A stretch of 64,000 bases of DNA from a virus, in the IMG/VR virus record IMGVR_UViG_3300025096_000006, positions 32,001 through 96,000 of that record; one strand, written 5' to 3'. Position 1 is the first letter of the stretch. Each line of letters starts with the position of its first letter. The notes beneath the pieces are model-generated. The model searched no databases, was not told the origin of the DNA, and was given only the letters and a program-made list of their open reading frames with translations. Made by a program: the position numbers and the translations under genes. Positions 1 through 8,657 of the stretch are shown here, piece after piece.

Positions 1-1668
1 GCGACCATATGTTCTTGTATTACGGGAGCCAGGAGGCACTGCAAGCAATGCAGAATCTTCACCACCGCCCTCGTCACCGCCGGCGTCGGGAGCCGGCATT
101 TCTTCACCACCGCCGATGTCTCCTCCGAGGTCTCCTCCGAGGTCTCCTCCGAGATCACCACCAAGATCTCCTCCGAGATCATCGCCGCCTAAATCACCGC
201 CGGCGCCACCTTCCGCAGCTGCGGCTTCTGCAACTGCCTGAAGTGCCGCGTCATGCTTGCGATCATAGTACATCTCGCGCTGATTGCGCATAAATTCTTC
301 ATGAGACATTCCAAAGATATGTTCTGCGACCCAACGACGGGAGAAGAATCCTTCGGTTGCGCCACCAGCAATATCAAATTTAGACTTCCAATGTTCAATT
401 TCTTGAAGTTCAGCAATCTTTGATGGATTATTTAACGCCAACTTAAATGCCAGCAAATCATCGCCTCTAAATCCTAGCGTGTAAAGATGGATAACTCCAA
501 TTTTTGTAAGCTCAGCTACAACAACTCTTTGTAACCTTTGAATTGTTCTGGCGAACCTAAGATCTTTTTGTGCCAAGGTTGTTTTATCTTCTGCTGCTCC
601 TTCACCCATTGCAAGGTAAGCTTGAGGTATCTTTAATGCAGAAAATAATTTATCGCGAAGATATTTAATATCATCAATCTGTGTCGTGTTTTGCCCACCA
701 GCAAGATTGGTAATTTCCGTAGCAGAGCCAGGACGCACAGGAATAAAATAGTCTTCTTCGATAGACATTGGATTATATCGTAAATCAATTTGTCCGGTTG
801 ATGCGTCTACAACTTGATGTCTTTTAAGCTGTGAGACAATCTTTTGCATATATTGCTCGACTTCGTTTGGAGGTATAGCGCCAACATCGATTTTAAACAA
901 TCTTCTTTCAGAGGATCTAACAATCCTATATGCCATCATAGCGTCCTCCATTAAAACCAGCTGGCGCCAAATACGACGAGCAGGCTCAAGAATAGATGTG
1001 CCGTATGGAGCATACTTGTCATTGCCTAAAACACGAAAATGTGCAACTTGCCAATTTTCGAAAGTCATGCCGGCGCTGTTCCACTGATATTGGACGTAGT
1101 TAGGGTTGGTGGAATCTTGTCCCTCAAGCCTCTCAAGCTCAGAGGGAGGCAGCGCGATTACTGATTGTACGCCGTACTTTTCATCAATATCAAGATACAA
1201 AAAGAAGTCGCCATATTTAGACATCGTGCGACTCCAGCCAAAAAGATTGTACTGAACATTAAGAATGTTGTCAAAAAGGACCTCTAAAACTGCTCTAATC
1301 TCCTCATTAGGACATTTAACATTTAACATAGGGCTAAGACTTGAATGAGTTGTCATCTCGTCAGCGTAAATGTCTAACGTGGAGGCAATCTCGGGTGTAT
1401 ATTCCATCTGATCAAAATCAACATATCTTTCAACGCGCCTTTGATTGGCAATTGCATTTGTGGCAATTGTGTCCAAAGGATTGTAAAGTGCTTTTTTAAA
1501 CTGTTGACCTGAAGCTGATTTAAATCTAGTGCCAAATTTGTCTAAATGCTGTCTTCTGATCTTCCTTCCTGTCTGTGATCGATAATTAACTATTGGTCCG
1601 GAGAATAGTCTAGTTAATGCTTTGAATAAGCCTGATTGATCATTAGAAGGGTTTTTGTTTGGGGGCAT
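1..1668 (-). CDS. Portal protein, T4 gp20-like (3' end runs off the window)
   Basis: Not in the ORF track because no stop falls in the window. Manual translation from ATG at 1668 is open to position 1: MPPNKNPSNDQSGLFKALTRLFSGP...MEYTPEIASTLDIYADE...KYGDFFLYL...YGTSILEPARRIWRQLVLMEDAMMAYRIVRSSERRLFKIDVG...EEDYFIPVR...IDDIKYLRDKLFSALKIP. These are gp20-family motifs, and the gene lies directly downstream of the terminase. Confidence 0.92.
   Translation of the reverse strand, partial: MPPNKNPSNDQSGLFKALTRLFSGPIVNYRSQTGRKIRRQHLDKFGTRFKSASGQQFKKALYNPLDTIATNAIANQRRVERYVDFDQMEYTPEIASTLDIYADEMTTHSSLSPMLNVKCPNEEIRAVLEVLFDNILNVQYNLFGWSRTMSKYGDFFLYLDIDEKYGVQSVIALPPSELERLEGQDSTNPNYVQYQWNSAGMTFENWQVAHFRVLGNDKYAPYGTSILEPARRIWRQLVLMEDAMMAYRIVRSSERRLFKIDVGAIPPNEVEQYMQKIVSQLKRHQVVDASTGQIDLRYNPMSIEEDYFIPVRPGSATEITNLAGGQNTTQIDDIKYLRDKLFSALKIPQAYLAMGEGAAEDKTTLAQKDLRFARTIQRLQRVVVAELTKIGVIHLYTLGFRGDDLLAFKLALNNPSKIAELQEIEHWKSKFDIAGGATEGFFSRRWVAEHIFGMSHEEFMRNQREMYYDRKHDAALQAVAEAAAAEGGAGGDLGGDDLGGDLGGDLGGDLGGDLGGDIGGGEEMPAPDAGGDEGGGEDSALLAVPPGSRNTRTYGR
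110..200 (-). repeat. Imperfect 12-bp tandem repeat encoding (GGDL)n in the portal C-terminal tail
   Basis: tctcctccgagg-like units in tandem; translation GGDLGGDDLGGDLGGDLGGDLGGDLGGDIGG. Confidence 0.85.
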
Positions 1669-1676
1669 TTATTTTC

Positions 1677-3263
1677 TCACTTTATAATCCATTTATATTG
1701 TTCATACATTTTTTCTGCTTCAGTCATTTTATCAAAAATTTCATTGGTTTTGTAGCCATGCTGTCCTTTGATTTGTGTATTAATTTTTGTTCTAGAAGTA
1801 TAAATCGCGCCAACAAAAGCCTTTTGATAATTTAAATCTCGCGCGTTTGCTTGCAGTGCTGTATCTCTTACCCAGCACGCGATGGCTAGCGCCATAATCA
1901 AATCATCATTGTAGCCTTTCATTGCTTGCGGTTTGCCGTTCCTCCAAATAAAAGTCTTCATCTCGCTCACAGTGCGAGAAGAATATATGGTAATTAGTTT
2001 GTTTCTGACAAACTCCTCTAATTTAGCGACGATGAGGGGGCGCGTCTTCATAGAGGTCGTGAAGCCGGGCACTGCAGAATTCATTACTTCGGCTTGATGT
2101 TGCTCAATATATTCGTGCGTAGATTTAATCGAATGATAAACATTGGGATATTGGTAATCATCAATGAGTTTAGTGAGAACAGAATATCCGATGTTATTGT
2201 TTTCCACCACAAGCATACAATTACCGAACTCTTTACCGACACTGTTTAACATATTTGCAAACATATCCAATGTTGGTTTTCCTTGATACTCTCCCACCAC
2301 TTCAAGCGTTTCAAGTTTAACGATATGAAATGTAGAAAAATCGGTGGCGTCTCCGCGGGACACATCTGCAACTAAAAGATAATTGCAAGTTGGATCAAAC
2401 TCTTCCCATATCCAAAAGTTTCTATCAAAGCCAGTTCGATATTTCGGATCGCGAATGGTCGATAACATCCACTCCATACATTCGGGATCAATCACAGTCT
2501 CGCCAGATGTATTGAAGTTGCACTCAAGCTCTTGCGCAATCTGGCGCTTAGACATATTCTTGGTTTCTTTCTTATACCATTCCTGATTCCGATCTGGATG
2601 AACATTCCACGGCAAGGTGGTCAAATGAAAGTTGTTTGCTCCTGATTCTGAATCATTGCATGTTTTATGAAACCAGTTACCAACGCCGTTTGGTGTTGAC
2701 AGTGCAATGCAACGCCCACCAGTTGATAGCGTGGGATACAAACCGGTCCAAAGCTCCTCTAATCCTTCAATGTGGGCGGCCTCATCAAGCACTAAAAGCG
2801 ACAGGGCTTCTGAACGACCAGCATCGCCAGAAGTAGATGCCGCTTTAATTGAAGAGCCATTAGAAAGCTCAAACGAGGTGCGATTGTCAACACTTATTTG
2901 TGCAATTCTCAGCCAATCAGGAACATTGCGCATGATGTGCTTAACTTTCTTAACCAAGTTTCCCGCTGTAGCAAACTTTGTTGCCATAACAAGAATGGAT
3001 TTATCGCGATGAAATAACATCATCCACACAATATAGCCTGCAGTAATAGTTGAAATACCTAGCTGGCGAGCTTTTAAAATAACATTAAAGCGGTAATCAT
3101 TAAAATCTTTGAGAAGCTCATCTTGGAAGTCAAAAGTGTTAAAAAGAATAAGCCCGTGCATCGGATGAGATATTCTTGCATAAGTGTTAAGGAAGTAGGA
3201 GGGATCTTTTCCACACTTAAGTATCTCTTTTACTCTTTGTTGTTTGTCTAATTGGTAACTCAT
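1677..3263 (-). CDS. terL: Terminase large subunit, T4 gp17-like
   Basis: KARQLGIST (Walker A region), LLVLDEAAH (Walker B), STPNG coupling motif, RNase H-like ADVSRG..DFS and DDLIMA; adjacent to portal. Confidence 0.95.
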   Translation of the reverse strand: MSYQLDKQQRVKEILKCGKDPSYFLNTYARISHPMHGLILFNTFDFQDELLKDFNDYRFNVILKARQLGISTITAGYIVWMMLFHRDKSILVMATKFATAGNLVKKVKHIMRNVPDWLRIAQISVDNRTSFELSNGSSIKAASTSGDAGRSEALSLLVLDEAAHIEGLEELWTGLYPTLSTGGRCIALSTPNGVGNWFHKTCNDSESGANNFHLTTLPWNVHPDRNQEWYKKETKNMSKRQIAQELECNFNTSGETVIDPECMEWMLSTIRDPKYRTGFDRNFWIWEEFDPTCNYLLVADVSRGDATDFSTFHIVKLETLEVVGEYQGKPTLDMFANMLNSVGKEFGNCMLVVENNNIGYSVLTKLIDDYQYPNVYHSIKSTHEYIEQHQAEVMNSAVPGFTTSMKTRPLIVAKLEEFVRNKLITIYSSRTVSEMKTFIWRNGKPQAMKGYNDDLIMALAIACWVRDTALQANARDLNYQKAFVGAIYTSRTKINTQIKGQHGYKTNEIFDKMTEAEKMYEQYKWIIK

Positions 3264-3272
3264 TAATCATCT

Positions 3273-3686
3273 TTATTCAAACAGTTCTTCTAAAATTAGC
3301 CTATCATCTGAAGTGGGCAAGGACCAGTCATTTGTAAATCCGGTCCAGTCGATTTCGCATATATATTTTCTTTGACCCCGAAGAAGCGACTCTACCAATC
3401 TATGATACCCATCAACAACGAGAAACTTGTTTTCTTCTTTAATCCACACAACACTTAATGGTCGGTGGGATGATTTGCTTTTAATGCCTTCCGTAAAGTG
3501 ACGATAGGCTGCAAGGATTCCGTAATCAGAATTTCCTTTTTCTACAATCAAATCATTATAATGCAATTCGCAAACTTCAGGGATCTTATCAAAAAGATAT
3601 TTCTCAGATCTCTCTTCTGCCTGTTCTACAGTAAATCTAATTTCTTCTAAAATTAGCTGCCTTAACTTGGATTTAGTAAGGCGCAC
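3273..3686 (-). CDS. KEE-tagged protein with ParB/sulfiredoxin-like domain
   Basis: N-terminus MRLTKSKLRQLILEE; PLSVV...FLVVDGYHRL resembles the ParB-N/Srx DGxHR motif. Confidence 0.6.
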   Translation of the reverse strand: MRLTKSKLRQLILEEIRFTVEQAEERSEKYLFDKIPEVCELHYNDLIVEKGNSDYGILAAYRHFTEGIKSKSSHRPLSVVWIKEENKFLVVDGYHRLVESLLRGQRKYICEIDWTGFTNDWSLPTSDDRLILEELFE

Positions 3687-3689
3687 TTT

Positions 3690-4259
3690 TTAAGATTCCT
3701 TTTTGCGAGTATCGTTTTTTGGTCTCTTTCCTTTCCAGCCGCCTAATTCAACAAACTTTTTCCAAGCTGCTTCATGGCTAGCATGAACCGGATCTACATT
3801 TGCTTCGCCAACTAGTCCGACGCTATCTAATCCACCGATCTTATAGTGACACTTGGCTGTTACCCAGCTTCGAATTCTAGATGAGTTTTCAACCAAAACC
3901 TCTATTTCGCCTTCTTTTGTTAGGCTAACCGATTTACCGGTAATTCTACGATACTCTTTCTTTAAATAAGAAGCAATATCAGCAATTTTTTGCTCAATCT
4001 CGCCTTCAAAGCCGCTATCGTGCACCTCTTTAAGCTGCACTTCTGAATGATACTTAATACACATCATAGGTCCATAAAACGCAACCCCAAATCCATCTAG
4101 AACTCTTTTATCTAAGATAAGATCACCTTCTTCTCTCTTTAACCCAATCTCTAATAGTTCTCCATCTTCAGTATACGCGCCATCATATGCGTTGGCTGCA
4201 GCCTGAGCTAAACCACTTACGATATCTGAGACAGATGCTGCTTCTTGTTTTTTAGCCAT
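3690..4259 (-). CDS. Hypothetical phage protein
   Basis: 189-aa ORF tightly packed with neighbours (TAATG overlap with the upstream gene). Confidence 0.8.
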   Translation of the reverse strand: MAKKQEAASVSDIVSGLAQAAANAYDGAYTEDGELLEIGLKREEGDLILDKRVLDGFGVAFYGPMMCIKYHSEVQLKEVHDSGFEGEIEQKIADIASYLKKEYRRITGKSVSLTKEGEIEVLVENSSRIRSWVTAKCHYKIGGLDSVGLVGEANVDPVHASHEAAWKKFVELGGWKGKRPKNDTRKKES

Positions 4260-4648
4260 TATGACTCTTCTCCTTCATTTGGTCTCCATCCTTTTTGCCA
4301 TCTTTCTTCTCTGCCTTCGACAAATTGAATGTAACACTTATTGCAACAATCAAACTTGACTAAGCAAACATCATCCATAGAACTCTTTGGGAAGAACCCG
4401 CAGACAGGACAACATTTTAAAGATTCTCTATTAAGTAGTTTTTTTGAGATCTTAATACCATTAACATCTACTTTTTCTTGCCACTCGCCAATCTTGTTTT
4501 GTTTTTTGTAAAATTGTTTAGATTGCTTGAGATATTCTTTTTCCTTCGTCTCGTCCCAGTTTCCTTTAGGGTTTTGAACCGCTTCTTTGCCATACTTTTC
4601 TACAATAGCTTTTTCAATTGCTGCAATCTTGTTGAAATCTTTACTCAT
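4259..4648 (-). CDS. Hypothetical protein with C-terminal Cys cluster (CPVC...CCNKC, likely Zn-binding)
   Basis: Start reassigned to MSKDF at 4648, which overlaps the end of the upstream gene. Confidence 0.7.
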   Translation of the reverse strand: MSKDFNKIAAIEKAIVEKYGKEAVQNPKGNWDETKEKEYLKQSKQFYKKQNKIGEWQEKVDVNGIKISKKLLNRESLKCCPVCGFFPKSSMDDVCLVKFDCCNKCYIQFVEGREERWQKGWRPNEGEES

Positions 4649-5057
4649 CAAATGCCCTATATGCGCCATAAGTCGCAGCTGCGCCGGCGGCTATACCGCC
4701 AACAAACCACCACCACTTATTAGAAGGCGCTTGTTTCAACATTGCTTCTTGCAGGGCGACAATTTCAATGTCTTTCTGCTCGATCCGCAAATCATATTCT
4801 TTAGTAAGCGCGTCCAATCGAATCTGAAAATTTTGTCGCTCAAGCTGAAACTCAGTTGCCTGAACATCGATCCGATACTCTACTTCTAAATCGCAATCCA
4901 TCCGATATTCTTCAGGAAGCACCAATAATTCTGCGATACCACGCTTGTTAAACAAAACACCCTCAAAGGGTGCTGGCTCATTCTCTCCAAGAATGGCAAA
5001 TTGCGGAGGCTCACCAGCGTGAGCCACCATCGAAAATAATAGCGCTTTAAGGAACAT
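4641..5057 (-). CDS. Exported coiled-coil protein with C-terminal hydrophobic Gly-rich anchor (possible spanin partner)
   Basis: Signal-peptide-like MFLKALLFSMVAHA|G, heptad-rich middle, C-terminal WWWFVGGIAAGAAATYGAY. Confidence 0.45.
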   Translation of the reverse strand: MFLKALLFSMVAHAGEPPQFAILGENEPAPFEGVLFNKRGIAELLVLPEEYRMDCDLEVEYRIDVQATEFQLERQNFQIRLDALTKEYDLRIEQKDIEIVALQEAMLKQAPSNKWWWFVGGIAAGAAATYGAYRAFDE

Positions 5058-5460
5058 ACTGGAATCCGAATGTATCTGTTACTTGTTCTGCGAGTTCTTC
5101 TTTGTTTTCTGTGAACTGTCTGCGGTTGTCGATCGTTGTTTCAATTTCAACAATTCGTTCTTCAACCACCACTTCAATCTCATCTCTGTCTTGCTCATAT
5201 TGCCTCTCCAATAATTCTAGTGCATCACGATAGGTTTGCAATGCTTGTTCTTTTCTTTGTAATTCTTCTGCATGTATATCTTGTAAACCGTCGATCTGGT
5301 TCTGAAGAGACTGCTGGCTAGTTTGATAGGTGTTCTCAAGTTGTTTATAATCATAGCGCATTTTTCCAATAACTGTAAGCAAAAGAATAACAATTGTTAT
5401 TTCTTTCCAGTTTTTCTTTGCGACGTAAACAACTTTAAGCCAGTCAACTTTAATCATCAA
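5047..5460 (-). CDS. N-terminal TM plus coiled-coil protein (i-spanin/Rz-like)
   Basis: ITIVILLLTVIG hydrophobic helix followed by a long Q/E-rich coiled coil; follows a holin-like gene. Confidence 0.5.
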   Translation of the reverse strand: MMIKVDWLKVVYVAKKNWKEITIVILLLTVIGKMRYDYKQLENTYQTSQQSLQNQIDGLQDIHAEELQRKEQALQTYRDALELLERQYEQDRDEIEVVVEERIVEIETTIDNRRQFTENKEELAEQVTDTFGFQYVP

Positions 5461-5651
5461 ACACCTTTCATTCTAGCAATACCATCGATAACAGCTTGAC
5501 CGCCAATGTAGATTGCAGAGATCATAACCCAATCGCTGGATGCTAAATCATAAAATGCGAATAGACCTGTAGCTGTTAGCCAAACCATAAATTTACGAGA
5601 AATTGCTTTCTCAACTAATCTATCTAATTTTCCTTGTACATAAACCATCAT
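5457..5651 (-). CDS. Putative holin (two TM helices)
   Basis: Start reassigned to ATG-ATG at 5651 after AGGA RBS; SRKF motif followed by two hydrophobic segments; 64 aa. Confidence 0.55.
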   Translation of the reverse strand: MMVYVQGKLDRLVEKAISRKFMVWLTATGLFAFYDLASSDWVMISAIYIGGQAVIDGIARMKGV

Positions 5652-5668
5652 TTGTTTTTCCTTTCTTG

Positions 5669-5676
5669 TAAATAGT
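5669..5676 (-). promoter_or_regulatory. Candidate phage late promoter ACTATTTA
   Basis: Intergenic, 17 nt upstream of the holin ATG; the same 8-mer recurs in other rare intergenic gaps. Confidence 0.5.
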
Positions 5677-5704
5677 TTTTTATTTCTTCCTTGGATTTGG
5701 ATCT

Positions 5705-6805
5705 TCACGGATCCGTAAGCGGGAATCCGCCGCCTGTAGCAGCATATGCGGCTCGTCGCTCTTCTGGAGTTGGGTGGCGCGCGTTGCCGCCAGGACCGCC
5801 TAAGCCGCCGCCGGCGGGACGTGGACCGGCATCGTGTTGTTGAATATTGCCTGTAGTATTTAAATAATTGTAGAAGGCAGCTAGCGCATCCAATATTGTT
5901 TCTTCCTCGTCATTATCTGCCTGAATTGTTTCCATAGCGCTGCGAAGATCTCCTTTGTATTGGCGCCACATATTTTCCAGTTGTTTAATTTGACTAGTCG
6001 TGCGTCTCATTGGATTGGTAATTACGCCATCAACACCCGTCATAGCTTGCTGGCGCAACTCGGCGGGGTCAACATAGTCACCGGCTTCAAACTCTTTCAC
6101 AGTTTCCTTGGCATCCCATGCATCCTCGCGCGTCACAGTAGGATCGCCAGGATCAGCCTCAAGTTTTGCCATAATCTCACGGGCACGGTCGATACTCATG
6201 CCGCGGACTTCGTTTAAAAGTTCGGTACGCATATGTTGCTCAATTAGATAAAGATAATATTCTTCTTGAACAATGTTCTCAGCCACTTGCACATCTTCGG
6301 GATGAGGATCCATTTTTTTCAGCTGAATGGCCATGTTGATAATATCTTCTTGAGAATATCCAGCCTTCAACAAGGCTATTAACATTTTTTCAATTTCATA
6401 GCTCATGTCTCCAATCTGTGCGCGCATTGCCGCGATCTGCCTATCGGGAGCTAGACCTTCCGAAAATTCCCCGTGACCTTCATTAAGCATTTTATTAATT
6501 TCTTCCTTAATAATCTCGGTTAACTCAGCTAAGCTCTCTTTAAATCCCATCACGGGGCGATCGCCTTCGCCGCCTCCAGGCTGATACTCTGTGGGGAACT
6601 CTTCTTCTTCTGGCTCGGGGCTGGGCTCTGAGACATCAGCGTCATACATTTCATCATACACCGCGCCCATAATGTCGCCGGTCACATTTGGTGGAGTGCC
6701 CTGCAGTAGTGCAACAATAGTACGCTGGGCATCTTCGGCGCTCACCTCCTCTTTGATAACTTCCTCGGCTATAATCTCACGTAATCTTTTAAGGGTAATT
6801 TTCAT
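5705..6805 (-). CDS. KEE-tagged acidic protein (putative internal head/prohead cargo)
   Basis: MKITLKRLREIIAEEVIKEE at the N-terminus; internal ELTEIIKEE repeat and LNE sites. Confidence 0.6.
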   Translation of the reverse strand: MKITLKRLREIIAEEVIKEEVSAEDAQRTIVALLQGTPPNVTGDIMGAVYDEMYDADVSEPSPEPEEEEFPTEYQPGGGEGDRPVMGFKESLAELTEIIKEEINKMLNEGHGEFSEGLAPDRQIAAMRAQIGDMSYEIEKMLIALLKAGYSQEDIINMAIQLKKMDPHPEDVQVAENIVQEEYYLYLIEQHMRTELLNEVRGMSIDRAREIMAKLEADPGDPTVTREDAWDAKETVKEFEAGDYVDPAELRQQAMTGVDGVITNPMRRTTSQIKQLENMWRQYKGDLRSAMETIQADNDEEETILDALAAFYNYLNTTGNIQQHDAGPRPAGGGLGGPGGNARHPTPEERRAAYAATGGGFPLTDP

Positions 6806-6806
6806 C

Positions 6807-7037
6807 TTAGTATTTTGCCTGTATTAATTCTGCCACAATACTAGCTAATGCCTCTGGTCCCAAGCCAGAATCTCCAGTAAGGGCTTCAATCTGAGTTCTA
6901 ATATCCTTGGCTAAGGACTGGGCTGCAGCCGGAATTTCTTTTACAGCTTGCATAACTTTTTCGCCCTCTTCTTCTTCTTTAAGTGCCTTAAGTTCTTCTT
7001 TAATAATTTGTTTAAGCTGTGTTTTTGTTATTTTCAT
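6807..7037 (-). CDS. KEE-tagged small protein (76 aa)
   Basis: Start reassigned to ATG 7037 (TAATG overlap); MKITKTQLKQIIKEE. Confidence 0.75.
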   Translation of the reverse strand: MKITKTQLKQIIKEELKALKEEEEGEKVMQAVKEIPAAAQSLAKDIRTQIEALTGDSGLGPEALASIVAELIQAKY

Positions 7038-7267
7038 TATTTGCATCCTTCTGGTAAATGTGATTTTAGCGTCTCTTTGTAAGTATTTAGTGGCGGCTGT
7101 TCCCATTCAATATGTGGGCAATAATCTTTATGATCTTGTTTGTCTTGTAAGTATAGCTCTAATGCTAAAGCATCTCGCTCCATATCATTTAAATCTGATT
7201 TTAATTTATCTATATCAATCGGCAGCACAACAGCAGCAAATAAGATACCCGCAAGAATAACTTTCAT
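7037..7267 (-). CDS. Small membrane-anchored or exported protein
   Basis: Hydrophobic N-terminus MKVILAGILFAAVVLP; start/stop overlaps on both sides. Confidence 0.65.
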   Translation of the reverse strand: MKVILAGILFAAVVLPIDIDKLKSDLNDMERDALALELYLQDKQDHKDYCPHIEWEQPPLNTYKETLKSHLPEGCK

Positions 7268-7521
7268 TGTGTTACTAAGCCCTCAATTCTATCAAGTATA
7301 TCCCTGAGATGTGTAAGCTCGCTCTCGACTCTAATTAATGTTCTCGTTGCTTCTTCCTGTTCGTCAACCTGTTCCTCAAGTTCTGCTACCTGTCGCTCCA
7401 AGTCTCCCATATCATTTCTTAATTGAGATACTTCTACATTTACAGACCACACCCAGCCAGCAAGAGGCATAATAATTGCCCCTAATACAAGTGTAAATAT
7501 TTTCCACATATCTGGTTTCAT
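7264..7521 (-). CDS. Small single-TM coiled-coil protein
   Basis: IFTLVLGAIIMPLAGWVW helix plus heptad repeat; ATGA overlap with the tubulin gene. Confidence 0.7.
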   Translation of the reverse strand: MKPDMWKIFTLVLGAIIMPLAGWVWSVNVEVSQLRNDMGDLERQVAELEEQVDEQEEATRTLIRVESELTHLRDILDRIEGLVTQ

Positions 7522-8657
7522 GTCGCTAATCCATTCATACTTAGTATCGCAATCAATCCAGGCACATTCTTACGCACGTAAACACCAGAGAATAGTGTCT
7601 CGCATCTACCGCCGACATAAGCGATTGCTGACTCAATGTTTTTACTAACTCTTGGATCTGCCACCATTTCCTCAGACGCCACTAAGATTAGGGAGCCGGC
7701 TGCAGCTTTTCCTTTAGGTGGTGGGCAGGCAGACCTATTCATACAGTTGTGTAGGATCACCGATCCAAGCTTTCCAGTATTTGGATCTTTTATCATGGTT
7801 GAGCCGAGAAAAGCTCTCCCGTCGTTGCCCAAGCATGTTTCCAGATCTTTACTATCAAAAGATTGGATCGGTGAATCCTCGGTGGAGAGTTTTAGCACCT
7901 GGGCGAACGACTTAGCAAATTGTGTGTTGGCGACAGGATACATGCCGAGCATGCCGATCCTACCGCGAAGCAAGCGCGTTGCGCGCTCGTTATCTAGAAT
8001 GATGTGTGGGTGCTTGGCAACATCGTTTGCCAATGTCAGCGCATTTCTAGCGATTGTGGGGTTAAGGTTTTCCTGTGCTGTTGGCCAAGAGACAATATAT
8101 ACTACCTTTCCGGAAGACTGAACAGACTTCATATAACGTTCGAATACCGGGTGAAGTGCAGTCACAGAACTACCGGTTCCGCCGCCTCCGCCAGCAAGAA
8201 CAAACAGCCAGTCAACCTTTCCAAGTTTAATGCGCAATGCGTCTTCTACGATTGCACCGTTAGTAGAGAAAACCTCTTTACCGTAATCTACATTCTTCCC
8301 GATGCCGTCACTGTCGGGAATAAGAACAACGTGATCTTCTTCCACGTTCTTCGGGATGTCCTTGCCTGTGGAATTCACAAGCAGAGTCTTATTAAAGCCA
8401 AGCTCTAAGAAAGCATTAGCCATCTTGTTTCCGCCCCCACCAACACCAACAAAGCCTACGTTAATAGACGAAGGAGCAGTGTTTTCTGGAAGGAGATCTT
8501 CATCAGAGTATTCCATCTGTAGTCCGAAGTCCTCAACCATTCCAAAATCTTCTGCTGCGACTTCTTCGTGATAGCTGTCTTTCTCCTGATTAAAGGAGGG
8601 TGGTGGTTCTGCGGGAGGCAAAAAATCAAATTCATTATCGTTGTCTTTATTGCTCAT
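7518..8657 (-). CDS. Tubulin/FtsZ-family GTPase (PhuZ/TubZ-like)
   Basis: VGVGGGGNK (T1 loop), LAGGGGGTGSS (signature loop), ILDNE, FDSKDL (T7-like); acidic ~60-aa N-terminal extension. Confidence 0.92.
   Translation of the reverse strand: MSNKDNDNEFDFLPPAEPPPSFNQEKDSYHEEVAAEDFGMVEDFGLQMEYSDEDLLPENTAPSSINVGFVGVGGGGNKMANAFLELGFNKTLLVNSTGKDIPKNVEEDHVVLIPDSDGIGKNVDYGKEVFSTNGAIVEDALRIKLGKVDWLFVLAGGGGGTGSSVTALHPVFERYMKSVQSSGKVVYIVSWPTAQENLNPTIARNALTLANDVAKHPHIILDNERATRLLRGRIGMLGMYPVANTQFAKSFAQVLKLSTEDSPIQSFDSKDLETCLGNDGRAFLGSTMIKDPNTGKLGSVILHNCMNRSACPPPKGKAAAGSLILVASEEMVADPRVSKNIESAIAYVGGRCETLFSGVYVRKNVPGLIAILSMNGLAT
7520..7546. repeat. 27-bp exact direct repeat, copy 1 (3' end of tubulin gene)
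   Basis: atgtcgctaatccattcatacttagta, identical to 13299-13325. Confidence 0.9.

Noticed and set aside
9-416. ORF-track calls 9..293 (+) and 189..416 (-)
   Set aside because: Both are shadows of the portal gene, one antisense and one out of frame. The RG/RD repeats are the reverse reading of the GGDL repeat.
7518-8657. Nucleus-forming (chimallin) phage inferred from tubulin
   Set aside because: No chimallin or multisubunit phage RNA polymerase is recognisable here and the core genes are T4-like. It cannot be excluded outside the window.
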